Source: a virus
Taxonomy: Duplodnaviria; Caudoviricetes
DNA length: 64,000 nucleotides
Direction: 5' to 3' (one strand)
Virus record (IMG/VR): IMGVR_UViG_3300006133_000005
Coordinates: 1 to 64,000 of that record
The notes beneath the pieces are model-generated. The model saw only the letters and a program-made list of their open reading frames with translations. It searched no databases and was not told the origin of the DNA. A program made the translations under genes and the position numbers. Below, piece after piece: positions 46,037 through 56,450 of this stretch; position 1 is the first letter of the stretch; every line of letters begins with the position of its first letter.

Positions 46037-46418
46037 TATTTTCACCCACCCTTACTTTATTACTGTATGTTGTATTGTACATTAAAACTTTAAAAGTTAT
46101 TGAAGCATACACCTTGTTATTATCAGACTGTACATCCACACTTACTATTTCTATTCTGTCTTCAAGTGTGGTAAGTGCTTCCCTTATCTGGTGTTCAATC
46201 AAACACCTTGCACTCATGTCATTAGGTTCAAATATGTCAAGGTCTAAGTCCGACTTAAAATGGTACTCCATTCTTCTTTCTCTTGGTTTAGTAAGGAGGA
46301 TTTGTTCTATAGCCTCTGTTATATGCGGAACGTCTGAAATACTGGTGGAACTCATAGTGACTCCACCTATGCTGTTAATTCTAAAAGGAAAACTAATTCC
46401 TTTAAAACCAGATTGCAT
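46020..46418 (-). CDS. gp25/gpW-like baseplate protein
   Basis: GISFPFRI, IEQIL.T.PRER, LEDRI. Confidence 0.9.
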   Translation of the reverse strand: MQSGFKGISFPFRINSIGGVTMSSTSISDVPHITEAIEQILLTKPRERRMEYHFKSDLDLDIFEPNDMSARCLIEHQIREALTTLEDRIEIVSVDVQSDNNKVYASITFKVLMYNTTYSNKVRVGENNATSN

Positions 46419-46430
46419 TTAGACACCTCC

Positions 46431-47240
46431 TTAAATCATTTCCCATGAAGTCCAATTACCGTCTGGGTTATCTCTCATAGATTTAATAGTATTATTGTAA
46501 GAGTCTACATTAGAATCCATTCTACTATTAAGCTCATCAACTTGGCGTTGTAATTCCCTAAGATTGCTGTCGATTTCAACTATTTTTGGTGATAAATTAG
46601 CAAGGTCATTCTTTATGCTATCAAGTGTGCTTGAAATAGCTTCCATTGCAGGATTGTATGCTGTATCAATAAAACTGTTAAGCATATCCGTCATTTCTTG
46701 TTTTGTGGCATTTATAAGGCTATAAACTTCTTTTGGAAATTCATCAAAAATAAAATTCTTTCCTCTTATAATGTCATTTAAGTCTGAGATTTCGTCTATC
46801 GTTTTACTACCTATATAGTTAAGTCCAACCCATGTTGAAGTATCTATAGCAACAGTATAAGAATCATTTCCGTCCCTTAACTCAAAAATAAACTCTTTTT
46901 CTCCCATTCTTAAGACAGAGTTTTTAAACACTATGTACCGATAGTCTGTAGGATTTGCATTTTGGGTTAAAGGTGAACTGTTAATCTTGTACCAACCACC
47001 ACCCCATATAGGCTTATCTACATCTCCCTCTTCAAATTCAACCCATATAGCTTCACTAACAGGAGGAACATAATAATCCCCTGCATAATCTGTAGCATAA
47101 GGAATGCAAGGCTCACACCAAGAGCTTAAATAATCACCTAAAACTGTTGGACATTGCACTCTTATACGACCTCTTCTTTCTGGGTCATTATTATCCATAA
47201 CAATAGCTCGGTACTTACCAAGCCATTTAGTCTCAGCCAT
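46431..47240 (-). CDS. Baseplate spike (gpV/gp5 OB-fold) with a helical C-terminus
   Basis: GKYRAIV.DNNDPERRGRIRV, VPPVSEAIWVEFEEGDVDKPIWGG. Confidence 0.85.
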   Translation of the reverse strand: MAETKWLGKYRAIVMDNNDPERRGRIRVQCPTVLGDYLSSWCEPCIPYATDYAGDYYVPPVSEAIWVEFEEGDVDKPIWGGGWYKINSSPLTQNANPTDYRYIVFKNSVLRMGEKEFIFELRDGNDSYTVAIDTSTWVGLNYIGSKTIDEISDLNDIIRGKNFIFDEFPKEVYSLINATKQEMTDMLNSFIDTAYNPAMEAISSTLDSIKNDLANLSPKIVEIDSNLRELQRQVDELNSRMDSNVDSYNNTIKSMRDNPDGNWTSWEMI

Positions 47241-47251
47241 ACTTCATCACC

Positions 47252-48139
47252 TCACGCTTGTTTTAAAAACTTTGTATAAGTCCAAGACCAAATAGGGTTA
47301 AGTCTTACTCTTGCTCCGTCTTCACTGATAGCATCAATAGTAAGGACTTGCTGTTTAACCCAATTTGGAACTCTAACTCCGTCATGCGCATTTGCGTATA
47401 TAGCATCATCACCGACAATTTTAACTTTATCCCCAACCTTAAACTTATTGTTGACTGTGTTTTTGGATGTGTCCACTTTTTCAACTCTATTGTCCTGTGC
47501 GGGAGATTTAGCAGGAGGAACAGTACTTTTTAAGGTATCTCCAAATCCGTTCTTATACAAGGTAGCAGTCATGGAAAAACCATTATCTTTATCAATTTTA
47601 CGCTTTATTTCAGCAATAAAATATAATCCTGATAAGTACTTTCCAATACCTCTAAACTCTACTGTCTGTCCTGCCTTTAGCTTCATGTTGTTTTTAGTGG
47701 GTATTAATTCAACATCTCCAGTTAAGGTATTAAACTCGACATCAATATATTCTTTTTCAGCATCAGTCTTACTATCTGTTGCGGCATCTTTTTCAGAGTT
47801 TACCGCTCCTGCTTGTGAAATAGCTCCACCAGAACCACCAGAAAATCCAAGACCAGAACCACCGTTAGACGTTGATAAATTGAGATTTAGACTATCTGTG
47901 CTAAAGGACATAGAGCCTTGCTCTGTCCACATTCCTAAAGCAGGATTATACATATAGGCAGTACTTAATGCTTTCTTTGCGGCCCAATCTTTTGAACCCC
48001 AGTTACCTGCATACCCATTTCCACCATAAGTTTCATAGAAACACTGTGCATCCCATGCTGAATTAATACTTCTTCTTGCTTTTTCTTTTTCTTCATAAAA
48101 GCATTTAGCATCCCATGCTGAATTAATAACAATTGCCAT
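47252..48139 (-). CDS. C-terminal part of the baseplate hub (gpD/gp27-like) with an SH3-like tail domain
   Basis: LKAGQTVEFRGIGKYLSGLYFI..I...NGFSMT; FKVGDKVKI...PNWVK. Confidence 0.65.
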   Translation of the reverse strand: MAIVINSAWDAKCFYEEKEKARRSINSAWDAQCFYETYGGNGYAGNWGSKDWAAKKALSTAYMYNPALGMWTEQGSMSFSTDSLNLNLSTSNGGSGLGFSGGSGGAISQAGAVNSEKDAATDSKTDAEKEYIDVEFNTLTGDVELIPTKNNMKLKAGQTVEFRGIGKYLSGLYFIAEIKRKIDKDNGFSMTATLYKNGFGDTLKSTVPPAKSPAQDNRVEKVDTSKNTVNNKFKVGDKVKIVGDDAIYANAHDGVRVPNWVKQQVLTIDAISEDGARVRLNPIWSWTYTKFLKQA

Positions 48140-48149
48140 TGGCTACACC

Positions 48150-49028
48150 TCACTTCTTTACCCACTCTCTCTTAACAGGGTCATAAACCATATTAGATGT
48201 GTCGGACTTTTCAAGACTTGTGTCATTAAGAGCAGGAGAAGATGAAGTTTTAACACTCTCACCTTGTACGTCCCTGCTAACATTACCATCATTGGCTGTG
48301 TAGGACTCATAAGCCTTAGTATCAGTACTGATATTGGACTTAGTTACCTCTTCTTGCTTTGTTTCCTTATTTATTTGAGGTGTAAAACTGATAACATCAA
48401 AAGGGTATGTTTTATACCCTATAGTAGTAGTGGGACTTTGTAACAATCCCTTTTTCTTATAAATTATTCTGCTGTCAACAATCTTGCACATAAAAGGTTC
48501 TCGCTCCTCTGTTGCAAGGTTTTCAAGGAACTCTATGTCTGTTTGGTTACTCTGTGATATAGTATCAATAGTAGCAAAAGTATACCCAGATTCAATATCA
48601 GTTGAAAAACCGTACTCCATAGCTACTTTCTTAACTACGTCTGCTCTTGTAACATTGTCCCAAGACCTGTCTTTTTTCTTTCTATTCATAAGGTGTGAAT
48701 TGTCTAAACAAGTCACCGTGAGGGTAGGTGAACCCTCTTGTGGAAAAGATATATCAATAGCAGAAATGTAACCTGTGAAACTATGTCTGTCTATGTCCTC
48801 GTTGAATCCAAACCTGACAATTACCTTTGCTTCATCAATGTAGATATTATCCTCTATAAAGATAAAGTCAGGGTCAGTGATATTTAGAGTACAAGTATCA
48901 GAACCGTCGCAGAGTTCATCAAATTCAATACTGTTTACACAGGCTTTAGCACGCCCAACTATTTCTACGTTATTTACCCATAACTGAAAATATACGCTTG
49001 AAACATTGCTTTTACTTTCGTTACTCAC
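48150..49028 (-). CDS. N-terminal part of the baseplate hub (late control gpD-like)
   Basis: DTCTLNI.DP, FTGYI, LTVTCLD, QSNQTDIEFL..LA. Confidence 0.8.
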   Translation of the reverse strand: MSNESKSNVSSVYFQLWVNNVEIVGRAKACVNSIEFDELCDGSDTCTLNITDPDFIFIEDNIYIDEAKVIVRFGFNEDIDRHSFTGYISAIDISFPQEGSPTLTVTCLDNSHLMNRKKKDRSWDNVTRADVVKKVAMEYGFSTDIESGYTFATIDTISQSNQTDIEFLENLATEEREPFMCKIVDSRIIYKKKGLLQSPTTTIGYKTYPFDVISFTPQINKETKQEEVTKSNISTDTKAYESYTANDGNVSRDVQGESVKTSSSPALNDTSLEKSDTSNMVYDPVKREWVKK

Positions 49029-49314
49029 TTACTCTTGTCACCTCTTCAAAATCAGGTATCATAAGTACATCTCCGACCTCTATGTCAAGCTCAGACTGTA
49101 ATTGTGGGTTGGCATCCATGATAGCCCAGTAAAGATTGGCATTACCATAAAACTTATAAGCTATTCCATCAATGCTGTCTCCCTGTACAACTGTGTAATA
49201 CATTGAGTTTTCGGAATTAAATTTATACTTGTTTCTTATGTCAAATATAAACTCTTGTCCTCTTCGAGCATACACAGGGGTATGTATGTAACGTGAACCT
49301 TTATGTATTGCCAT
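49021..49314 (-). CDS. LysM/gpX-like baseplate protein
   Basis: YTVVQGDSIDGIAYKFYG...YWAIMDANP. Confidence 0.85.
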   Translation of the reverse strand: MAIHKGSRYIHTPVYARRGQEFIFDIRNKYKFNSENSMYYTVVQGDSIDGIAYKFYGNANLYWAIMDANPQLQSELDIEVGDVLMIPDFEEVTRVSE

Positions 49315-49317
49315 TCA

Positions 49318-49776
49318 TCACACCTGCCTCAAGCTTAAAGTAAATGTTGCTTCATTCGGGAGTAAATCACTTGTAAAAGAGGTATAGGTTGTGGACAATG
49401 TGTCCACAACACAACTTCTAATAAAATTTCCCATAACAAACAACATCTCATCAGGTTTAGTGTAGCCACTTGTATTTTCAGTGGGTGGTACAAACTTATT
49501 AAGAAAGTCTTCCCATGCTTTAACTTCACCGCTATATGGTTTGTCATAGATATAAAGTGGTACACTAAACGTCAGAATATTTCCTCGTACATACTGAGTA
49601 ATAGGGTAGCTAAGTCCAGGTGAGGATATTTCAGAATAAGTTGCTCCTCTGTCAAAGCTTAACTCAGCAGGATTGAACATAAAGCTCTTTTTTACACCAG
49701 TACTCTTATTTTTAATATAACCCTTTGTCTTAGCACCTGCTGTATACTTATGTGATGTTACACTATAAACTGACAT
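49318..49776 (-). CDS. Tube initiator (Afp7/CIS-tube-like)
   Basis: FMFNPAELS...PGLSYP..QYVRG. Confidence 0.75.
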   Translation of the reverse strand: MSVYSVTSHKYTAGAKTKGYIKNKSTGVKKSFMFNPAELSFDRGATYSEISSPGLSYPITQYVRGNILTFSVPLYIYDKPYSGEVKAWEDFLNKFVPPTENTSGYTKPDEMLFVMGNFIRSCVVDTLSTTYTSFTSDLLPNEATFTLSLRQV

Positions 49777-49788
49777 ATAGTCACCTCC

Positions 49789-52700
49789 TTATACTCTTGT
49801 CTGCATATTTCTTAACTGCATTTTTCTTGATATTTTTTTCATGAGCTTATCTGCAAGAACATCAAGTCCCTCATCAGATAAATCAGTGTCCTTGTCTATA
49901 TTAAACACAACACTTCCTGCTTCGAATGTAACCCTGTTGTCCTGTGTACTGTTATCATCAGAGCTGCTCTCATCATATGTGTTGTTGTTAGTAGTGTTAT
50001 TAACCAATGACTGCATAGGACTACTGCCGTCGTTGTCCTCATCTGTAGGAGGGGGAAGTACTACAGGTGTTGGATTGATTGGATTATCCTCATCTGTATA
50101 ATCATCTGTGGCAACAATATCCTGCTTAATAAGTGGGGAAGAAGTAGTCTTTGCACTGCTATAGTCACTAAGGAAACTTCCAAGACGTTTAGTTAAAATA
50201 TCGTTTACTACTACTTCATTTGGGTGCAGACAAGCAACACCAGTTTCTTTAACATAACCACCTGTGCTAAGACCTACAAAGTCTGCAATTCCGTCTCCTA
50301 TTCCACCGAAGAAGTCACCTATACCACCGAAGAAACCGCCTATTGCATCAATAATACCTGATATAGCATCAACAATCCAACTAATAGCATCTCCTATTGC
50401 TTCAATGATAGGCATAACAATGTCAGAAGCTTTCTGAATAGCACCACATATGAAATCTTTTATAGCACCAAATACAGTCTCAAATATACCTTTAAGCCAC
50501 TCAACCTTTTCAGCAATAGTTTCAAAAATGCCCTTAAAGAAGTCACAGACAGGACTAATGACATTGTCTTTAAGCCATGCGAAAGCAGTACCTATAGCCT
50601 CAATAACAGGACTAATGACATTGTCATACACCCAACTAAACGCCGCTCCAATTGTCTCTACCACAGGACTTATGACGTTTTCATAAATCCAACTAAAGAT
50701 TGTTGCGAACAGGTTGTATATGAAACTTAGTCCTGCACTTATTCCGTCCCAAAGGATTTTGAACACAGCAATTACAGCAAGTACTATAGTTCTTACTATT
50801 TGGTAAATAGCATAAATTATGTTCTTTATAAGGTTTACTACTGAGCTTATTACTCCCCATATGCTCATTACTACCTGTTTAATCACATTGAATATGGTCG
50901 TGATTACATTCCAGATAGCTTGTGCCGCTGTCTGTATTATACTAATAATAGTACTTATTACAGTCCAGACAATACTTGCTATGCTTTTTATAATATTTAT
51001 AATGGGTTCAAGAATAGACATTACAACTTGAATAACCTTGCTGATAGCATCTTTAACAGCTTGAATAATACCTTGTACAAATCCTATAACAGATTGTACC
51101 CAAGGTATATTACTAAACCACTCCCAAGCTTTTGAGAATGCTTCTGCTATGGCATTGCCTATATTAACAAAAAATGCTTTTATTTCGTCCCAGAAGATTA
51201 CAATTAAAGCTATTAGTGCGGCAATAGCCGCTACAATAAGTCCCACTAACCAAGCAGGTATGCTAACTACTATACCCATTGCACCTAAGATAGCAGTAAC
51301 AATCTTACCTATACCCGTGAGAATCCATAGTATAGCAGTCTTAAATCCACCAAATATGGTTTTGAGTAAAGTACCTATACTTTTTATTCCACTTAGTATA
51401 GCTCCCCAAGGGATTGACTTAACAAGGTTTACAATAAATTTAAATCCATTATATATCATTTTTATTACATTACCTATAGTCTTAAGAACATTCCAGATAA
51501 ACTTAGCAGTTTTCCAGATAGTTTCACATATAGTTACAACTGTTTTAATGCTCTTTATCACTATAGGTAGCATAACGATAGCTACAGCAATCCAACCTGC
51601 GGCTTTTCCTATAAAGTAACCAACTTTCTCCCAAGTGTCAGTCATTCCGGGTGCAGTCATTTTATCAATGAGCGCTACAATAAGTTCACCAAAACTTGAA
51701 ACATCTACATCAAGTATTCCAAGCTTAGTAAGCACATTCTTTAAGGATTCAAAGAAAGCATCTAAACCCTTTTTAAATCCGTCAACAAAGAACTGCCAAT
51801 GATACTTTAATTGAAGAATACCCTCAATAAGAGGTAGTATTCCCATGTCTTTTGCTTTTTGGAAATTTTCAGCAGAAAGGGTGTTATCTGTAAACGCATC
51901 AGCTACAAGCTTTATAGTCTCCCATATGGTCTTAAGTGAATTAGTGACACTATCACGCATTCCTAAGAAATCTCTGTCCCAAGCGGCTTTTAATAGGGCA
52001 CTTAAAGCAACGAGAGGAAGTATGTACGAAAACATACCCTTAAAAATACCTAATAACTTTGTTCCCCCACTTAAAGCTTCGCTACCTTTAAATAGCATAC
52101 TTATAGAGAAACGTAACATACCTAATGCAGAAACAAGTTTAAGACCTGCTCCGGTTAATAATGTAGCTACTCCTGCAAGTGCAATAAATTTAATAACACT
52201 CTGAGCTAATTCTGGATTTGTCTTTACAAGGTTTCTAAACGCATCAGCAAGTTTGATTATTCCGTCAATAACAGGGTCTAAAAGTCCCATAACACTTGTT
52301 AGTGCAGAACCTATAACTTTTGCTAAGTTTTCAAGTTCCTCTTCTGGTATACTCCCAAGGTACTCGGACAGTCTACCTATTATTTCAGTAAACTTCTCAT
52401 ACACACCTGCATCTGAAATTTGAGCCTTTAATGAGAATAAGGTGTCACCCATATTTGACAGCATAGTCATAGGGTTATTTTCCATTTGCTTTACAATAGG
52501 TAACATATTGAGTTGGTCTATAAGGTCAGCAACTTGTCTTGAGCGCTCCTCTATTGACCCACCCTTATCTTCCCCTAACAAGGCATTTATATCAAGAGAT
52601 GCACCTCTTTTAAGGGACATAGCGTTTCCCTCAGCAATGTATTCATTCAAAGCTCCCATTGCGGCTTGAACACCGGTACCGTAAGCATTTCTCATTTGAG

Positions 52701-53214
52701 GGTTAAAAGCGGCTAACGCAGATGCATAATCCATAAGTGTAGCTTTTGCTCCCTCTACACCGTCACTGGCAAGGTAAGAACTTGTTGCAATTTCTTCAAA
52801 AGCTTCAATACCATTAGCTTTGAGCATAATAACAGAGGGTATTAAATTTTCAAAATCAAAAACACTTTTCTTAGCATAGTCTTGAATCTGAGCTAATTTT
52901 GCGTTTCCTGCTTCTGCACTTCCATATAGGGTACTTAGCTGTGTTCTTGCATAATTTACTGTTGCACCCGTATCTGTTATACTTTTTATCACACTTGTGA
53001 ACATACCAGTTATGCTCTTGCCAACTTGATAAAGTTCATTACCCACTATACCTGCCGCTACTGATATTTGCATCAAAGCGGCTTCTACACCATTAGCTTG
53101 TGAAAAAGCGGCAGTAGTATTGTTTAAATCATTAAACGCACCTGTTACGCTTCGCAAACCAGATGTAGCATTGTCTGTACAACTAATTATAAGACCTAAA
53201 CCAAAGTTATTCAA
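49789..53214 (-). CDS. Tape measure protein
   Basis: 1141 aa, helical, with W/F-spaced repeats, hydrophobic segments and C-terminal GGYV...LHPNE.VV. Confidence 0.92.
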   Translation of the reverse strand: MNNFGLGLIISCTDNATSGLRSVTGAFNDLNNTTAAFSQANGVEAALMQISVAAGIVGNELYQVGKSITGMFTSVIKSITDTGATVNYARTQLSTLYGSAEAGNAKLAQIQDYAKKSVFDFENLIPSVIMLKANGIEAFEEIATSSYLASDGVEGAKATLMDYASALAAFNPQMRNAYGTGVQAAMGALNEYIAEGNAMSLKRGASLDINALLGEDKGGSIEERSRQVADLIDQLNMLPIVKQMENNPMTMLSNMGDTLFSLKAQISDAGVYEKFTEIIGRLSEYLGSIPEEELENLAKVIGSALTSVMGLLDPVIDGIIKLADAFRNLVKTNPELAQSVIKFIALAGVATLLTGAGLKLVSALGMLRFSISMLFKGSEALSGGTKLLGIFKGMFSYILPLVALSALLKAAWDRDFLGMRDSVTNSLKTIWETIKLVADAFTDNTLSAENFQKAKDMGILPLIEGILQLKYHWQFFVDGFKKGLDAFFESLKNVLTKLGILDVDVSSFGELIVALIDKMTAPGMTDTWEKVGYFIGKAAGWIAVAIVMLPIVIKSIKTVVTICETIWKTAKFIWNVLKTIGNVIKMIYNGFKFIVNLVKSIPWGAILSGIKSIGTLLKTIFGGFKTAILWILTGIGKIVTAILGAMGIVVSIPAWLVGLIVAAIAALIALIVIFWDEIKAFFVNIGNAIAEAFSKAWEWFSNIPWVQSVIGFVQGIIQAVKDAISKVIQVVMSILEPIINIIKSIASIVWTVISTIISIIQTAAQAIWNVITTIFNVIKQVVMSIWGVISSVVNLIKNIIYAIYQIVRTIVLAVIAVFKILWDGISAGLSFIYNLFATIFSWIYENVISPVVETIGAAFSWVYDNVISPVIEAIGTAFAWLKDNVISPVCDFFKGIFETIAEKVEWLKGIFETVFGAIKDFICGAIQKASDIVMPIIEAIGDAISWIVDAISGIIDAIGGFFGGIGDFFGGIGDGIADFVGLSTGGYVKETGVACLHPNEVVVNDILTKRLGSFLSDYSSAKTTSSPLIKQDIVATDDYTDEDNPINPTPVVLPPPTDEDNDGSSPMQSLVNNTTNNNTYDESSSDDNSTQDNRVTFEAGSVVFNIDKDTDLSDEGLDVLADKLMKKISRKMQLRNMQTRV

Positions 53215-53273
53215 TGTTACATCACCTCCATAACCTATGCTTAATACGATACACTACCGCTTTAAAATTCAGT

Positions 53274-53444
53274 TTATTTTCTTCTTGGTGATTTAGGTGT
53301 CTTTGGCATTTTTGGAGATTTGATAGAATCATTCTCCATTTTCTTCTGTGTCATTATCATTTTTACCCACATTCGCCTTTCTCGACTGGGAAGTCCCCAT
53401 ATTGTGTCTCTATCCCAATGGTACACATAAGCCAGTATGTGCAT
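53274..53444 (-). CDS. gpT-like C-terminal tail chaperone segment (-1 frame)
   Basis: MHILAYVYHWDRDTIWGLP..ERR.W; frame is open back through the slippery site at 53510-53516. Confidence 0.75.
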   Translation of the reverse strand: MHILAYVYHWDRDTIWGLPSRERRMWVKMIMTQKKMENDSIKSPKMPKTPKSPRRK

Positions 53445-53503
53445 TTCTTCAAGAGTGTTTCGGAAACTGAATTTTTTAGAAAACTCCCAATCAAAAAAGG
53501 TGT

Positions 53504-54373
53504 TTATATAAAATTTGTCTGATTAAGATTACCCTTAAAGTACTCTCCGCAGTGGTCGCACATAACATCAACTGTCATATCAATGCCAAACTGGTGGTCG
53601 TTAAGTAATGCTTGTAAGTAGTTTCTATCTCTTACTGAAAGACTTGCCATGACAGACTCATCAATGTAAGCGCCGTCGTCAAATTTACAAATTCTTGTAA
53701 GCAGTGTTGTCTCAGCTTTTGCAATGTTATTCTTTGCAAGAGGAGTGAGAAGTTCACCGTCAAGACCATTTGGTCTTCTCATGATACCTGTCTTATGCAA
53801 TACTCCCTTTCTGTCTTTATATCCTCTTGGGAGCTCAAATGGGATTTCACGCATACCATCAAATTCAAGGATATTCAGTTCATCAATTTCGACTTCTGTC
53901 TTTAACTTTGCCTTACACTCAGGGTTAGGACAAGTATGTGTCACTTCAATTGTATCTCCAATAGAAATTCTGCGGAGTTCAAGGAGCATAATGTCTCTAT
54001 CTCCTGTATACATCTCTTTAAAAATGTTCTCCCAGTCTTTCGGATTTCCTACAGACTTTCTTGTAAGAGTTCCAACACTTAGTACACAGCGAGAAAGAAG
54101 AGCAGTAGCAACTTTAGTACCGTTTGTCTTAATGTCTGAACGATTTACAAACTCTTCATCTGCACCTGTCATTTCACGCAGGGTAAATGTGGAATGTGTA
54201 ATTCCGTCTTTGTCAACATATCCTGCAAGGAGGTTGTACTCTTTATTTTCATCAAAACTTCCGTTGGTTTGCTCTTCTGCGAGAGCTTTAATAGAATCGG
54301 AATACTCCTTTTCTCTTTCTTTTTCAAGATTCTTTTCTTCCATGTTACTGTCAATTCTGCTTTTCATATTCAA
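53504..54373 (-). CDS. Tail assembly chaperone
   Basis: LREMTGADE, FELPRGY, CPNPEC and CDHC; lies between tube and tape measure. Confidence 0.8.
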   Translation of the reverse strand: MNMKSRIDSNMEEKNLEKEREKEYSDSIKALAEEQTNGSFDENKEYNLLAGYVDKDGITHSTFTLREMTGADEEFVNRSDIKTNGTKVATALLSRCVLSVGTLTRKSVGNPKDWENIFKEMYTGDRDIMLLELRRISIGDTIEVTHTCPNPECKAKLKTEVEIDELNILEFDGMREIPFELPRGYKDRKGVLHKTGIMRRPNGLDGELLTPLAKNNIAKAETTLLTRICKFDDGAYIDESVMASLSVRDRNYLQALLNDHQFGIDMTVDVMCDHCGEYFKGNLNQTNFI

Positions 54374-54413
54374 ATTCCTCCATTTAGTAATTTAGGCTAT
54401 AGCCTTTAACTCT

Positions 54414-54442
54414 ATTATACAGTAAAACCTCACAAATTGCAA
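54414..54442 (-). promoter_or_regulatory. Sigma-A promoter whose -35 overlaps a terminator hairpin
   Basis: TTGCAA-17bp-TATAAT. Confidence 0.65.
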
Positions 54443-54460
54443 TAATAATTTGTGAGGTTT
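54425..54460 (-). terminator. Terminator after the tail tube gene
   Basis: aaacctcacaaatt / aatttgtgaggttt 14-bp stem. Confidence 0.75.
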
Positions 54461-54484
54461 ATAAGTGTTTATTAAATTTCCAGT

Positions 54485-54964
54485 TTAATCTTCAAGGAAA
54501 TACTCAAACTGGATTGTGAGTGTTTCGATAGCTACATCATCAGAAGTAGCATCAAGGTCACTACTCTCCCACTTTGATACCCAAGCTTCTGCAAGCTTGT
54601 AAGTTCTTCCGGGATTTCCGAAACGGTCAAGATGTTCAATAACAATTGTCTGTCGGAAGTCAGGGTTTGTAAGAGTTTCCTTAATCAAGTCAGCAAGAGA
54701 AGAGTCCTGATAAGCGCCACGCTCACAAGTAACTTCACCTACTGTGGGTTTACCGGGGAGCTTGTGTGTGTACTCGTAACCACCCTCACCATACTCAGCA
54801 ACACCTACTTCAAGAGACAGCCCACTTACAGTCTGGAAACCCATTTCAGACGGAAGTCCAGGAATGGTAAGTCTGAAACGGAATTTCTGCAAAGGGTCAA
54901 GGGATGCTGTTCTTGCCGCATGAGTAGTCATAAACATCTTTTTAAGTGCATTAGTCATTTTCAT
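54485..54964 (-). CDS. Tail tube protein (T4 gp19/Afp1-like) with THA leader
   Basis: DPLQKFRF, SGLSLE...EY.EGG, KLPG, SDLDATS. Confidence 0.92.
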   Translation of the reverse strand: MKMTNALKKMFMTTHAARTASLDPLQKFRFRLTIPGLPSEMGFQTVSGLSLEVGVAEYGEGGYEYTHKLPGKPTVGEVTCERGAYQDSSLADLIKETLTNPDFRQTIVIEHLDRFGNPGRTYKLAEAWVSKWESSDLDATSDDVAIETLTIQFEYFLED

Positions 54965-54980
54965 AAATTACACCTCCCTA

Positions 54981-56450
54981 TTAAGCTGTTGTAAGTTCGT
55001 GAGAGATACGGAAGATAATGAATTCCGCAGGCTTCTTTGTAGCATACCCAATCTCACAGATAAGCTTACCTTGATTGCGGACACTGACAGGGTTAAGGTC
55101 TTCGTCACACTTAACATAGTATGCTTCACCTGCATTACCACCAAAGAATGCTCCCTGCTGATAGAGACTGTTGAGATAGTCCTGACAAGTCGTTCTGACT
55201 TTAGTCCACAGTGTGGAGTCATGAGGTTCAAATACAAACCGCTGTGTAAGGTCATAAATGTTCTTCTTAAGCGTGATATTCATGTACAAATCAGATACAT
55301 AGTTAAATTCGGGGTTACAGCTTCTTGCTCCCCATACACAGATACCATAATTGGTCTTAGGTAAAAGAGCATTAATGCCCTTTGGATTGAGGATATTTGT
55401 AGACTCAAGCGTGTAAATCTTCTGTACATCTACTGCACCCCTAATAACTGCTTCTGTTCCGGCAGGTGCTTTCCAGAAACCTCTTGAATCTGAAATACGA
55501 GAATAAACGCCACAGATATGACCACAAGCAGGAACAGCAATTAAAGCGCCGCTTGAAGACAGTGGATTTACAACTTTAATCCAAGGTGCATATAGTACAG
55601 CGTTCTTACCATCAAGCTCATTTCTTAATGTCTGTAGCATAGCATCTGTATCTGTTTCCTGACCCTCACAGATAGCAATCCGGTATTTATTAGCTGTACA
55701 GTAGTCAGCAACATCTACCTGTAAGGCGTTACTTGCACCGGGGATAGCAACAAGTCTGATGTCCTCCATAAAATCAAACTGTTTGAGTGACTCTTTATAT
55801 ACAGCATCAGGAACAGGAGCGCCACTTGTAGCAAGACCGTCTTCTCCACCTGCAAAATCAACCTTAATGTCAGCAGAGGGTTTATTTATCTGCTTAGTAA
55901 GGTCAGTAACCTTAATATAGTTGCTCTCAGAGTTGATAATATCTGCAAAGCAACCTTGAATGTTTACACCGTCTTTTAAATTACCCCAAGACTCAACAAC
56001 ACTTCCGTTGTACTTAACCTTAAGAGTAAAGACAGGTGGATTAACTTCGTCATTATATTCACTTGCTGGAATTTCAACGGAGATTTTATCTCCCCAAGCT
56101 CCCTCACTTTTTGCTTCAAATGCGACACCCGATACTGTAGCTTTAGCGGACTTAGCGTTATACGTTGATGCAGTCTTATCAGTTACACGCTGTACAAAAC
56201 ACCTAATACCACCGTTCTGGAAAAATCCGTACACAGCATATGCAAGCTTACTGTTTGCAAGGAAAGCAGAATCCTGTCCTGTTGCAAATGTGGTTAAATA
56301 AGAATTCCATGATGTAATGAGTACGGGAACTCCTACTGGTCCAGTTGCGGCTACACCTGTAAATGCGGCAATAGGAGCAGTACCTACAGGCATCTTAACA
56401 ACCTGTTTAATGTCCTCAACATATACACCGGGGGTTAAATATTCAGCCAT
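54981..56450 (-). CDS. Contractile tail sheath
   Basis: YLTPGVYVE, YAPWIKV, KAPAG, LNPKGIN, VWGARS, KPAEFIIFRI. Confidence 0.97.
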   Translation of the reverse strand: MAEYLTPGVYVEDIKQVVKMPVGTAPIAAFTGVAATGPVGVPVLITSWNSYLTTFATGQDSAFLANSKLAYAVYGFFQNGGIRCFVQRVTDKTASTYNAKSAKATVSGVAFEAKSEGAWGDKISVEIPASEYNDEVNPPVFTLKVKYNGSVVESWGNLKDGVNIQGCFADIINSESNYIKVTDLTKQINKPSADIKVDFAGGEDGLATSGAPVPDAVYKESLKQFDFMEDIRLVAIPGASNALQVDVADYCTANKYRIAICEGQETDTDAMLQTLRNELDGKNAVLYAPWIKVVNPLSSSGALIAVPACGHICGVYSRISDSRGFWKAPAGTEAVIRGAVDVQKIYTLESTNILNPKGINALLPKTNYGICVWGARSCNPEFNYVSDLYMNITLKKNIYDLTQRFVFEPHDSTLWTKVRTTCQDYLNSLYQQGAFFGGNAGEAYYVKCDEDLNPVSVRNQGKLICEIGYATKKPAEFIIFRISHELTTA

